64,000 nt of DNA, taken from positions 1,152,001-1,216,000 of the forward strand of contig OY969814.1 in assembly GCA_963703345.1 (NCBI GenBank), given 5' to 3'. Position numbers and translations under genes: made by a program. The notes beneath the pieces are model-generated. The model did no database searches, was not told the DNA's origin, and saw only the letters and a list, made by a program, of their open reading frames with translations. Source of the stretch: an uncultured Chloroflexia bacterium (lineage in GTDB: Bacteria > Chloroflexota > Dehalococcoidia > DSTF01 > JALHUB01). This document shows, in pieces, positions 1 to 8,964 of the stretch (position 1 is its first letter; the number at the start of each line of letters is the position of its first letter).

Positions 1-315
1 CATGTCCAGCGTCGGCACGCCCTCCGTGATGCAGACGATGACCGCTATTCCGGCGTCATTCGCCTCCAGGATGGCGTCGGCGGCGCCGGGTGCCGGTACG
101 AAGATAAGGCTGCAGTTGGCGCCTGTCTTCGTGACCGCGTCGCGCACCGTGTTGAAGACGGGCACTCCTTCCGCCGTCTCGCCGCCGCGACCGGGCGTGA
201 CGCCGGCAACCACCTTCGTCCCGTAGTCGATGCAGCGACGCGTCTGGAAGCTGCCCTCGCGACCGGTAATGCCCTGGACAAGCACGCGCGTCTTAGAGTC
301 GACGAAGATTGGCAT
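1..315 (-). CDS. sucD: Succinyl-CoA synthetase alpha subunit, N-terminal part (runs off window)
   Basis: Manual translation from ATG at 315: [45 protein letters not shown]; GGAG SD upstream; follows sucC. Confidence 0.95.
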   Translation of the reverse strand, partial: MPIFVDSKTRVLVQGITGREGSFQTRRCIDYGTKVVAGVTPGRGGETAEGVPVFNTVRDAVTKTGANCSLIFVPAPGAADAILEANDAGIAVIVCITEGVPTLDM

Positions 316-440
316 CAACTGCTCCAGCTAGTTCTGCTCCACCGCGCCCCAAAAGGACGCTCTCTCGGAGTGTGCTCCCCCTTGCCCCAAAAGACGCGGC
401 ATTGGAAAGAGAGCTTCCGAGCGGCGTCTGGCATTGCTAT

Positions 441-476
441 CGCTAAGGCTGAGGGTTTCAACCCTCAGAACTGTCC
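441..476 (-). repeat. REP-like hairpin (family 2, first-hairpin module)
   Basis: Minus strand ACAGTTCTGAGGG-TTGAAA-CCCTCAGCCTTAGCG matches ACAATTCTGCAGG-TTGAAA-CCTGCAGCCTTCGCG at 49959 with compensatory stem changes. Confidence 0.7.
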
Positions 477-533
477 AAACCCCATCCGCCCGCGCCCAAT
501 CCTTGCAGCGGGGCGTCCGAATCGTGGAACATC

Positions 534-1700
534 TTAGGCTCCACGGGCGGCCACCACCGCTTTTTGCGCCGCTTCGCCGAGTCCCTGCGCGCGGATGAGC
601 CCGTGACCTTCTGCCGCCAGAATCCGCTCGCCGTCCTCGACGTTCGTGCCCGCCAGCCGCACGACGACCGGCACGCCGATCTTCATCTGCTTCTGCGCGT
701 CGACGACGCCCTGGGCGATGACGTCCACACGCGCCATGCCCCCGAAGATGTTAATAAGAATGGCCTTGACGTTGGCGTTCGTGGTGAGGATCTTGAACGC
801 GTTCACCACTCGCGCCACGTCGTTCACGGTGCCGATATCGAGGAAGTTCGCCGGCTCCCCGCCCGCCAGCTTGATCGCGTCCATCGTCGACATCGCCAGG
901 CCGGCGCCGTTCACGACGCAGCCGATATTGCCAGTGAGCTTGACATAATTGTTGACGCCCAGCTCCTGCGCCTGCACCTCCAGCGGGTCTTCTTCGTCGA
1001 GGTCGCGCAATTCGGCGATCTCCGGATGGCGGAACAGGGCGTTGTCATCAAAGTTCAGCTTGGCGTCGAGGGGGAGGACGCGTCGGTCAGCGGTGACGGC
1101 GAGCGGGTTGATCTCCGCCAGAGAGCAGTCGCAGGCGACAAACGCCTTGTAGAGGCCGGACATGAGCGCGATCGACGGTCGGAGGAGGTCGCCGGCCAGT
1201 CCGAGGGCGAAGGCGAGGCGACGCGCCTGGAACGGCTGCAAACCAATTGCTGGGTCGACGTGCACCCGTTGGATGAGCTGCGGCGAGCTTGCCGCGACCT
1301 CTTCGATCTCCATGCCGCCGGCCGAGCTCGCCATGACGACCGGGCTGGCGGCGGCGTTGTCGACGATGACGCTCAGGTAAAGCTCGCGCTCCGGCTTCAA
1401 CTGCTCTTCGACTAGGACGCTTCGCACCAGGCGGCCCTCGGGCCCCGTCTGCGGCGTCACCAGCGTCATGCCGATGATCCGCGCTGCGGCCTCCTCCGCC
1501 TGTTGCGGCGTGTCGGCCAGGGCGATGCCGCCGCCTTTGCCGCGCCCGCCGGCGTGCACCTGCGCCTTGATGACGACGGGCGCCGCCAGCTCCTCGGCGA
1601 TTCGTCGCGCCTCGGCGGGTGTCGTGGCTACGCTGCCGCGTGGCACCGAGACGCCGAAGTTAGCGAGGACGCGCTTTGCTTGGTACTCGTGGACCTTCAT
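534..1700 (-). CDS. sucC: Succinyl-CoA synthetase beta subunit
   Basis: MKVHEYQAK, KAQVHAGGRGKGGG, EINPL, GNIGCVVNGAGLAM, NIFGG motifs. Confidence 0.97.
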   Translation of the reverse strand: MKVHEYQAKRVLANFGVSVPRGSVATTPAEARRIAEELAAPVVIKAQVHAGGRGKGGGIALADTPQQAEEAAARIIGMTLVTPQTGPEGRLVRSVLVEEQLKPERELYLSVIVDNAAASPVVMASSAGGMEIEEVAASSPQLIQRVHVDPAIGLQPFQARRLAFALGLAGDLLRPSIALMSGLYKAFVACDCSLAEINPLAVTADRRVLPLDAKLNFDDNALFRHPEIAELRDLDEEDPLEVQAQELGVNNYVKLTGNIGCVVNGAGLAMSTMDAIKLAGGEPANFLDIGTVNDVARVVNAFKILTTNANVKAILINIFGGMARVDVIAQGVVDAQKQMKIGVPVVVRLAGTNVEDGERILAAEGHGLIRAQGLGEAAQKAVVAARGA

Positions 1701-1750
1701 CTGCTGACCCGATCCCTGGTCAGAGCGCGAATTCCGTTTCGAGGGCCGGA

Positions 1751-1839
1751 TGGCGGAGGGGGAGGGATTCGAACCCCCGTCGGGACAAGCCCGAAGCGGT
1801 TTTCAAGACCGCCGCCTTAAGCCGCTCGGCCACCCCTCC
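1751..1839 (-). tRNA. tRNA-Ser(TGA)
   Basis: GGAGGGG acceptor, anticodon arm GCGGT-CTTGAAA-ACCGC, long variable arm, TTCGAAT T-loop, encoded GCCA end. Confidence 0.96.
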
Positions 1840-1848
1840 AAGCGTCGT

Positions 1849-1877
1849 AGTATAGGCCAGGGCAGGAATCAGGTCAA
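1849..1877 (-). promoter_or_regulatory. Sigma70-type promoter of tRNA-Ser
   Basis: TTGACC-17bp-TATACT ending 9 nt before the tRNA 5' end. Confidence 0.7.
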
Positions 1878-1879
1878 CG

Positions 1880-1912
1880 AAATGCAAATGCCCTCGCTGA
1901 TGACGAGGGCAT
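1880..1912 (-). terminator. Probable intrinsic terminator after csrA-like gene
   Basis: ATGCCCTCG-7nt-CGAGGGCAT stem followed by TTGCATTT on the minus strand. Confidence 0.55.
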
Positions 1913-1932
1913 CTGTTGGAATGCGGCAGGCT

Positions 1933-2223
1933 TTAGTGGCTTGGATGCGGGACGGGCGACGGCTCCGCCTGCACCTTATTCGTGTCCTCCACGCTCCTTC
2001 GTGTCAGCTCATCCCGCAGGATGATCAGCGACTCCGGCGCTTCGATCATGAACTTGATGTGGCGGCCTTCCTTGGTCACGTCCACTACTAGCTCCTCGCC
2101 GATCTTGAACCTGACGACACAGGCCTCTCGGCCCGTTCCGTGGGCAGAGACCACCTGAATGTTAATGTCGTCGCCAACAGTCAGGCTCTCGCCGGTTCTC
2201 CTTCGTAGAATCAGCCTACCCAC
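1933..2223 (-). CDS. csrA: CsrA/RsmA-like RNA-binding protein with internal insertion
   Basis: LILRRRTGESLTVGDDINIQVV...IEAPESLIILRDEL matches the CsrA pattern; GTG at 2223 with GAGGTG SD. Confidence 0.75.
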   Translation of the reverse strand: MGRLILRRRTGESLTVGDDINIQVVSAHGTGREACVVRFKIGEELVVDVTKEGRHIKFMIEAPESLIILRDELTRRSVEDTNKVQAEPSPVPHPSH

Positions 2224-2633
2224 AGCATCACCTCTTCCTCCGGCTGAACCTGTGGAAACGGCCCGGCTAGCCGGCTCCACTGACCATTACCATTATAGTC
2301 CACAGGCCAATTACATTATAAATCCAAGCATATAATGTAGCAAGCAAAGAAAAGAGGGAAAAGGAGAAAATTGCGGCCCCTATCGCAGCGCCGCCTCGAT
2401 TGCTGCACCCAACGAGGGATGCCTCGCGGCGAAGGCGCGCAGCAGCCCGGCGACCCGCATCGTCGGGCTGGGCGCGACGAGCTTCACGCTGTTCTCAACC
2501 GCGTCCGTCGTGTCGAACAGCAGTACGAGTACTCCAGCGTGAGTCTCGCGGATGGGCCTTGTAGGGGCGTCTCCGCGACACTATGATGAAGAGAAGAGAC
2601 CGAGCGAGACCTAGCCAGGGAAGGAGAGGACCA

Positions 2634-2912
2634 ATGGCGCTCTATGTCATGCTCAGCAACCTCACGGATGAAGGCCGCAAGACCATCAAGTCACGCCCGG
2701 AACGCATCAAAGAGGTCAACAAGGAGATCGAGGCGATGGGCGGCAAGGTGCTCGCCCAGTACGCGACGCTTGGCCCCTACGACTTCGTGAACGTCATCGA
2801 AGCGCCGAACAACGACGTGATCGTCAAGATCTCTGTTGAGCTCGGCTCCCGCGGCACGCTGCAGTTGATGACGCTTCCCGCAATGACTATCGACCAGTTC
2901 GCGATGCGATAG
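2634..2912 (+). CDS. GYD domain protein
   Basis: MALYVMLSNLTDEG...YATLGPYDFVNVIEAP; AGGAGAGG SD before ATG 2634. Confidence 0.85.
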   Translation: MALYVMLSNLTDEGRKTIKSRPERIKEVNKEIEAMGGKVLAQYATLGPYDFVNVIEAPNNDVIVKISVELGSRGTLQLMTLPAMTIDQFAMR

Positions 2913-2916
2913 GCGG

Positions 2917-4197
2917 TCAACCGCCCGGCCTGATCACCTCGATGCCGCCCATGTACGGCCTTAGCGCCTCCGGCACGATGACCGATCCGTCGCGCTGCTG
3001 GTAGCTCTCCAGCACGGCCGCCAGCGTCCGCGGCAGCCCGAGCCCGGAGCCGTTCAGCGTATGCACGTACTCCGCCTTCGCGCCCCGCTCGCGGCGGAAG
3101 CGCAGCCCCGTGCGACGCGCCTGGAAGTCGCCGCAGTTGGAGCACGTGCTGACCTCCAGCCATTCGCCGCAGCCCGGCGCCCACACCTCGACGTCGTACG
3201 CCTTCGTCGCCGAGAAGCCCAGGTCGCCGGTGCACAGCATCTTCGCGCGGTGCGCCAGCCCCAGCCGGCGGCAAACGTCCTCCGCGTCGCCGAGCAGCCG
3301 CTCCAACTCTGCGTCCGACTCTCCGGGCGGACACAGCTTATACATCTCCACCTTGTCGAACTGATGGCCGCGCTTGATGCCGCGCACGTCCCGGCCGGCG
3401 CTCATCTTCTCGCGACGAAAGCACGGCGTGTAAGCGACGTAGCGTAGCGGCAGCGTGCCCGGCTCCAGGATCTCGTCGCGGTGGAGGTTCGTCAGCGGCA
3501 CCTCGGCCGTCGGCACCAGCCACAGGTCGTCCTCAACGTCGTGATAGAGGTTGTCGCGGAACTTGGGTAGCTGGCCGGCGCCCCAGAGGCACTCCTCCTT
3601 TACGACGAACGGCGGATAGATTTCCGTGTAGCCCTGCTCGGTATGAACGTCCAGCATCCAGGCGATGAGCGCTCGCTGCAGCCGCGCGCCGGCGCCCTTG
3701 AGCACGTAGAAGCGCGAGCCCGACAGCTTCACGCCGCGCTCGAAGTCGATGATGCCCAGCCGTTCCCCGATCTCCCAGTGCGGCCGCGGCTCGAAGTCGA
3801 GCTCGAACGGCCGCCGCTCCTCCGTGCGAATGACGGCATTGTCCTCTTCGCCGGCGCCGACGGGCGTGTCGGGATGCGGGATGTTCGGCAGCTCCAGCAG
3901 GAGCGCGCGCGTCCGCTCCTCCGCCTCCTTCAGCCGCGGCTCCAGGGCGTCGATCCGCTCCGATTTCGCGCGCATCTCTTCGATGAGGCGCTGGCGCTCG
4001 GAAGGATCCGCCGCCGAGCCGATCCGCTTGCCGACCTCGTTGCGCTCCGCCCGCAGCGACTCCGACTCCACGAGCAGCTCGCGGCGCTCGGCGTCGAGGC
4101 GCAGCATCTCGTCGAGCCCCGTCTCTTCGACGCCGCGGTCTCGCAGCGCTTTGCGGACGATTTCCGGGTTCTCGCGCACGAACTGAAGGCTCAGCAA
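2917..4197 (-). CDS. serS: Serine--tRNA ligase
   Basis: [42 protein letters not shown] motifs. Confidence 0.98.
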   Translation of the reverse strand: MLSLQFVRENPEIVRKALRDRGVEETGLDEMLRLDAERRELLVESESLRAERNEVGKRIGSAADPSERQRLIEEMRAKSERIDALEPRLKEAEERTRALLLELPNIPHPDTPVGAGEEDNAVIRTEERRPFELDFEPRPHWEIGERLGIIDFERGVKLSGSRFYVLKGAGARLQRALIAWMLDVHTEQGYTEIYPPFVVKEECLWGAGQLPKFRDNLYHDVEDDLWLVPTAEVPLTNLHRDEILEPGTLPLRYVAYTPCFRREKMSAGRDVRGIKRGHQFDKVEMYKLCPPGESDAELERLLGDAEDVCRRLGLAHRAKMLCTGDLGFSATKAYDVEVWAPGCGEWLEVSTCSNCGDFQARRTGLRFRRERGAKAEYVHTLNGSGLGLPRTLAAVLESYQQRDGSVIVPEALRPYMGGIEVIRPGG

Positions 4198-4201
4198 TGC
4201 G

Positions 4202-4687
4202 TCATCCTCCTGACTGGCCGCCTCGCTCGATCGCCCGCAAGGCCAGCAGCCGCACGTCCTCCGGGACCGCCGCGCTCACACCGTCGCCGGCGTTCAGCGG
4301 CTCGTTGCGGCGTAGCTGCGTCTCGTCCACCCACGTCAGGTGGCTTTCGTCCCGACGCAGCGCCTGCGGCTCGCCGACGATGGTGCAGAAGTAGATGAGG
4401 TCTGTGTGCTGGTGCGGCCGCCCCGGCTCAGGGCTGTCTTCGACAAGTATAGTCACCGGCGCCGCCAGCTCGCGCGGATAGGATACGTCCAGCCGCTCGT
4501 CGCCGGCGATGGGGCAGGCGTCCAGGCCCGTCTCCTCGCGGATCTCGCGCAACACCGCCTCCTGCGGGTCTTCGTTCGGCTCGATGTGGCCGCCGGGCGG
4601 CACCCACATCTTTAGCAGCGGATGCCAGAGGAGAAGCGTTCGGTTCCCGTGGACGACGAAGCCGGTGACGGTGAAGTGCTTCTCCAT
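4202..4687 (-). CDS. NUDIX hydrolase
   Basis: Nudix box [24 protein letters not shown]. Confidence 0.9.
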   Translation of the reverse strand: MEKHFTVTGFVVHGNRTLLLWHPLLKMWVPPGGHIEPNEDPQEAVLREIREETGLDACPIAGDERLDVSYPRELAAPVTILVEDSPEPGRPHQHTDLIYFCTIVGEPQALRRDESHLTWVDETQLRRNEPLNAGDGVSAAVPEDVRLLALRAIERGGQSGG

Positions 4688-4762
4688 CAAGAGGCGATTC
4701 TAGCAGCCGGAGCGCTATCGAGTCGAGCACTCGCCCTTCCGCATGGGAGGGGTGGTGCGGTC

Positions 4763-4850
4763 AGGGAGTGCAGAGGGCCTCCTCTGCCGGGGGTCAAGGG
4801 GGTGTCCCCCTGATTCCCCGAAAGACCTTTGAGGGCGGGTGGGTGGGAAA
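4763..4850 (+). repeat. Family-1 repeat, ORF-less copy (two hairpins + GGGN tract)
   Basis: GCAGAGG-gcct-CCTCTGC CGGGGG TCAAGGGGG-TGT-CCCCCTGA ... GGGCGGGTGGGTGGGAA; homologous to 15782-15876 and 32119-32217. Confidence 0.85.
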
Positions 4851-4935
4851 GAGATCGCTGATGTTTCGGCGACCACGCAGAGCGCCCTTCTGCGCGAATT
4901 CGCGGCTCAATAGAACCGGCGGTCGCCACGACGGC

Positions 4936-5583
4936 CTAGTCGAGCAGCGACAGCGGGAAGTCCGACAGCCTCTCCAGCACAAGGTCCGCCTCCGTCAGCG
5001 GCGGCAGCGCCGTCGAGGCCGCCCGCACCTGCACCGCGAACATGCCCGCCGCCTTCGCTGCCGCAATGCCCGTTCGACTGTCCTCCAGCGCGACACATCG
5101 CTCCGGCGCGACGCCGAGCTTCGCCGCCGTGTAGAGGAAGATGTCCGGCGCCGGCTTGCCGTTCTCCACCGACGTGCTCGACACCGTGACGTCGAAGCAG
5201 CCGTCTAGGCCGGTCGATTTGAGAAGCGCTTCGACCCAGTTGGGCCAGGACGACGACGCCAGCGCGCGGGGAATGCCGCGCTCGCTCAGCTCCGACAGCA
5301 GCTCGCGCACGCCCGCCAGCGGCGCCTGCGGCCGGCTGAGGAGGCGGACCATCGCCTTGTCGTAGCGCTCCACGCACTCATCGTAGCTGGCCGGTGGCGA
5401 ATACCATTCGAATATCGCGTCCCACGTTGCCGGCACCGTCATGCCCAGCAGGGCGTTATGCTGCTCTTCCGTGATCGACAGGCCGAAGTCGCGCAGCACC
5501 TCATTCAGGCCCTGGTGGTAGAGCGGCTCGCTGTCCGCGAGCACGCCGTCCATGTCGAAGATAACCGCCTGGAATCTGTCCAC
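4936..5583 (-). CDS. HAD family phosphatase (beta-PGM/CbbY-like)
   Basis: FDMDGVLADSE, GKPAPDIF, LEDSRTG motifs. Confidence 0.92.
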   Translation of the reverse strand: MDRFQAVIFDMDGVLADSEPLYHQGLNEVLRDFGLSITEEQHNALLGMTVPATWDAIFEWYSPPASYDECVERYDKAMVRLLSRPQAPLAGVRELLSELSERGIPRALASSSWPNWVEALLKSTGLDGCFDVTVSSTSVENGKPAPDIFLYTAAKLGVAPERCVALEDSRTGIAAAKAAGMFAVQVRAASTALPPLTEADLVLERLSDFPLSLLD

Positions 5584-5585
5584 CG

Positions 5586-7073
5586 CTACTCTTTGCTCCG
5601 AAGCTGCGGGAAGAGGATGACCTCGCGGATGGAGCGACGGCCGCTGAGCAGCATGACCAGCCGGTCGATGCCGATGCCTAAACCGCCGGCCGGTGGCATG
5701 CCGTGCTCCAGCGCCAGCAGGAAGTCTTCGTCCAGCATCTCCACCTCGCTCTCGCCGGCCGCCTTGCGACGCGCCTGCTCAAGGAGGCGCTGCCGCTGGT
5801 CGAGGGGGTCGTTCAGCTCCGTATAGGCGTTGCCCATCTCCAGCCCGGCCGCGAACGGCTCGAAGCGCTCCACTAGCTCCGGGTTGTCCGGCTTGCGCTT
5901 GGCGAGAGGCGACAGCGGCGCGGGATAGTCCATCAGGAAAGTCGGCTGGATTAACTGCGGCTCCACGCGTGCGGACAGCAGCTCGTCGACGAGCTTCGCC
6001 CAGCTTGCGTCCGGCGCCGTCTCGATGCCCATTCGCCGGATCAGGTCGCGAAGGCTGGCCTCGTCGCGCCTATAGTGCTCCAGGTCCACCTCCGCGTACT
6101 GCTTGAGGGCGTCGTGCACCGTCAGCCGGCGCCAGGGCGGCTTCAGCTCTATCGTCTCCTCTTCGAACGGGACTTGCGTCGTGCCCACCGTCTCCAGCGC
6201 GACCCGGGAGACCAGCTCCTCGACCATCGCCGCCACGTCGTTGTAGTCGGCGTAGGCCTCGTACGACTCCATCATTGTGAACTCCGGGTTATGCTTCGTC
6301 GATATCCCCTCGTTGCGGAAGACGCGCCCGATCTCGAAGACGCGGTCGTAGCCGCCGACGATGAGTCGCTTGAGGTGCAGCTCCATCGCGATGCGCAGGT
6401 AGAGGTCGCGGTCCAGCGCCTCGTGGTGCGTGACGAACGGATTCGCCGCCGCCCCGCCGGCCTCCGGCATCAGCACCGGCGTCTCCACCTCCATGAAGCC
6501 GCGCCCGACCATGAAGCGGCGGATAGCGTCGATGATAGCGCTGCGCAGCGCGAACAGCCGTCGCACGTCCTCGTTGGCGATGAGATCAAGGTAGCGCTGG
6601 CGATAGCGCGTTTCGGTGTCGACGAGGCCGTGCCACTTCTCCGGCAGGGGTTGCAGCGACTTCGCGAGGAGCGTGTACTCCGCCGCCTCGACGCTTATCT
6701 CGCCGGCGCGGGTGCGGAAGAGGCGCCCGCTCACGCCGACGAAATCGCCGAGATCGAGGTCGCGCAGCATAGCGTACGCTTTCTCCCCGACAACGTTGCT
6801 CTTCAGGTAGACCTGCATCTTGCCGGAGCCGTCGCGCAGGTCGATGAAGGTCGCCTTCCCCATGTCGCGGAGAGCCATCATGCGGCCGGCGATGGTGACG
6901 GAGGGCGCGTCGCCCTTTGAGGTAGCCTTCTCCCATTCCAGGAACGCCTGCGACGCGGCCTCCGAGGTGTGCGTGCGGTGAAAGCGAGGCGGATAAGGCT
7001 CGACGCCGCGGACGCGCAGCCGGTCCAACTTCTGGCGTCGCAGCTCAAAGCTTTGCTCATCCCGAAGAGACAT
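5586..7073 (-). CDS. lysS: Lysine--tRNA ligase (class II)
   Basis: RYRQRYLDL, FRNEGISTKHNPEFT, GLGIGIDRLVM; AGGAG SD before ATG 7073. Confidence 0.98.
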   Translation of the reverse strand: MSLRDEQSFELRRQKLDRLRVRGVEPYPPRFHRTHTSEAASQAFLEWEKATSKGDAPSVTIAGRMMALRDMGKATFIDLRDGSGKMQVYLKSNVVGEKAYAMLRDLDLGDFVGVSGRLFRTRAGEISVEAAEYTLLAKSLQPLPEKWHGLVDTETRYRQRYLDLIANEDVRRLFALRSAIIDAIRRFMVGRGFMEVETPVLMPEAGGAAANPFVTHHEALDRDLYLRIAMELHLKRLIVGGYDRVFEIGRVFRNEGISTKHNPEFTMMESYEAYADYNDVAAMVEELVSRVALETVGTTQVPFEEETIELKPPWRRLTVHDALKQYAEVDLEHYRRDEASLRDLIRRMGIETAPDASWAKLVDELLSARVEPQLIQPTFLMDYPAPLSPLAKRKPDNPELVERFEPFAAGLEMGNAYTELNDPLDQRQRLLEQARRKAAGESEVEMLDEDFLLALEHGMPPAGGLGIGIDRLVMLLSGRRSIREVILFPQLRSKE

Positions 7074-7157
7074 CGTCTTCTCCTGGAGCGGGCATATCAA
7101 GAGGCGGGCGGCCCTTGCTTTCGGCTCCGCCCGCCGCGCTCGGCATTCGACTTGTGT

Positions 7158-7631
7158 TCAGGATATGCCGGTGATGGTGAGCCGAATTGCGCCGGCCGGC
7201 GCCTCGACGTGGACGGCGTCGCCGACGCCCTTGCCGATGAGCGCTCGTCCCACCGGCGACTCGTTGCTGATACGGCCTTCCTTCGGCTCCGCCTCGGCGC
7301 TCCCGACGATGACGTACGTTTCCTTCGTCCCCTTGGCGGTGAGGACGGTCACATGAGAGCCCAACTGCGCCTTCTTGGAGCGATGGGCCTCCTCCTCGTT
7401 GATGATCTCCGCGTTCTGGATGATCTTCTCAAGCGTCAGGATGCGTCCCTCGACGAACGCCTGCTCGTTCTTGGCGTCTTCGTACTCGGCGTTGTTCTGA
7501 GTGCTGGCCAGCTCTTTGGCGGCGTGGATGCGCTCCGCGACCTCCTGGCGGCGGACCGTCTGCAGGTGCTCGAGCTCTTTCTCCAGCTTGGCCAGGCCTT
7601 CCTTCGTCAAAGGAACTGGCTTATCGGGCAT
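7158..7631 (-). CDS. greA: GreA-family transcription factor with non-canonical coiled-coil tip
   Basis: LTKEGLAKLEKELEHL, NAEYEDAKNEQ, ISNESPVGRALIG; conserved greA-lysS order; tip reads ASTQNNAEY. Confidence 0.9.
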   Translation of the reverse strand: MPDKPVPLTKEGLAKLEKELEHLQTVRRQEVAERIHAAKELASTQNNAEYEDAKNEQAFVEGRILTLEKIIQNAEIINEEEAHRSKKAQLGSHVTVLTAKGTKETYVIVGSAEAEPKEGRISNESPVGRALIGKGVGDAVHVEAPAGAIRLTITGIS

Positions 7632-7655
7632 CTCTTACGCTCCTGAAACAGATTC

Positions 7656-7687
7656 AAAAAAGAGACTGAGAGGCATCGCCCTCAGTC
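7656..7687 (-). terminator. Intrinsic terminator within the greA 5' leader
   Basis: GACTGAG-10nt-CTCAGTC stem then TCTTTTTT, between the promoter and the SD. Confidence 0.65.
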
Positions 7688-7712
7688 GTTGTCGGCCCGG
7701 ATGTTGGAAATA

Positions 7713-7742
7713 ATTATAGGAGACGCGGTCGGCGTTTGTAAA
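7713..7742 (-). promoter_or_regulatory. Sigma70-type promoter of greA
   Basis: TTTACA-18bp-TATAAT on the minus strand. Confidence 0.65.
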
Positions 7743-7833
7743 GCTTTCCCGCCGGCGCCGGTGTTGAGGGGGCCCAGAGGTCGTGTTAGAATGACGGAGA
7801 TCAGGCCCAGGACCCAGTCGCGAAGCAGGCTTC

Positions 7834-8964
7834 ATGGAGCAACAAAGCCACCCTCCCCGACAGATACTGCTGGTTGTTGTCCTCGTGCTGATGGCCGGCA
7901 TCGCAGGCGGCCTCGCCGGGGCACTCCTGACGCACGAGCTCTCGAACGGGACCACCCCGGCGCCGCAAGCAGTCACTACGGTGGAGCAGCAGTACGTCAC
8001 GCTCAACGAGGATTCCGCCGTGACCAGCGCCGCCGACAAGGCGCTGCCCTCGGTGGTAACGATAGTCAACAAGCTCGGCGTCGATTCCGGTAGTTCGAGA
8101 TTGCTGACGGGGGAGAGCGCTTCCGGCTCGGGAGTCATCATCGACGACCACGGCTACATCGTGACGAACGAGCACGTCGTGCAGGGCGCTGGCGAAATAA
8201 CGGTCATCCTCCACGACGGCCGCGAGCTGCCGGCGACGCTCGTGAGCGCCGACGACCCGTTCACCGACATCGCCGTCATCAAGATCGAAGCCGACGGGCT
8301 CCAGGCGCTCCCCTGGGGCGACTCCGACGCCCTGAAGCTGGGGCAGAAAGTAGTAGCCATCGGCAGCGCCCTCAGCGAGTTTCGCGATTCAGTGACGACG
8401 GGCGTCGTCAGCGGCCTGCATCGGCGTTGGATGAGCCAGGGAGTCTACATGGAGGACCTGATCCAGACGGACGCGGCGGTTAACCACGGCAACAGCGGCG
8501 GCGCCCTCTTGACTGCTGAAGGCGAGCTGGTGGGACTGAACACGAGCGTCATTCGCAGCACCGACAGTGGCGAGACCGTCGAAGGTATCGCTTTCGCCAT
8601 CTCCAGCAGCGTCGCCGCGCCCATCGCCAGGACCATCGTCGAGCGGGGCAGCTACCCGCGCGCCTACCTGGGCATCTCTCACGAGGACATCACGCCGGAC
8701 ATCGGCGCGCTGGCGGGCCTTCTTGACGACCACGGCGCCGTAGTGGGACGTGTCACTTCTGGAGCGCCGGCGGCAGAGGCCGGAATACAGCAGGGCGATA
8801 TAATACTGCGAATGGGTGACATTGACGTGAACCAGGACATGCCGTTCATTAACGCTCTTGGCAGGCTGACACCCGGGCAACCTATCCCGGTGCTGCTCGA
8901 CCGGAACGGCAGGCAGATCACGGTGCAGGTCACGCCGCAAGAGCGAGAGAGGGCAACCCAATGA
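7834..8964 (+). CDS. htrA: HtrA/DegP-like serine protease with PDZ domain
   Basis: N-terminal TM, TNEHV, DIAVIK, QTDAAVNHGNSGGAL, C-terminal PDZ. Confidence 0.93.
   Translation: MEQQSHPPRQILLVVVLVLMAGIAGGLAGALLTHELSNGTTPAPQAVTTVEQQYVTLNEDSAVTSAADKALPSVVTIVNKLGVDSGSSRLLTGESASGSGVIIDDHGYIVTNEHVVQGAGEITVILHDGRELPATLVSADDPFTDIAVIKIEADGLQALPWGDSDALKLGQKVVAIGSALSEFRDSVTTGVVSGLHRRWMSQGVYMEDLIQTDAAVNHGNSGGALLTAEGELVGLNTSVIRSTDSGETVEGIAFAISSSVAAPIARTIVERGSYPRAYLGISHEDITPDIGALAGLLDDHGAVVGRVTSGAPAAEAGIQQGDIILRMGDIDVNQDMPFINALGRLTPGQPIPVLLDRNGRQITVQVTPQERERATQ

Noticed and set aside
7103-7136. GC-rich hairpin between greA and lysS as a riboswitch or T-box
   Set aside because: The spacer is under 90 nt with no T-box or lysine riboswitch motif; at most a weak terminator or stability hairpin.
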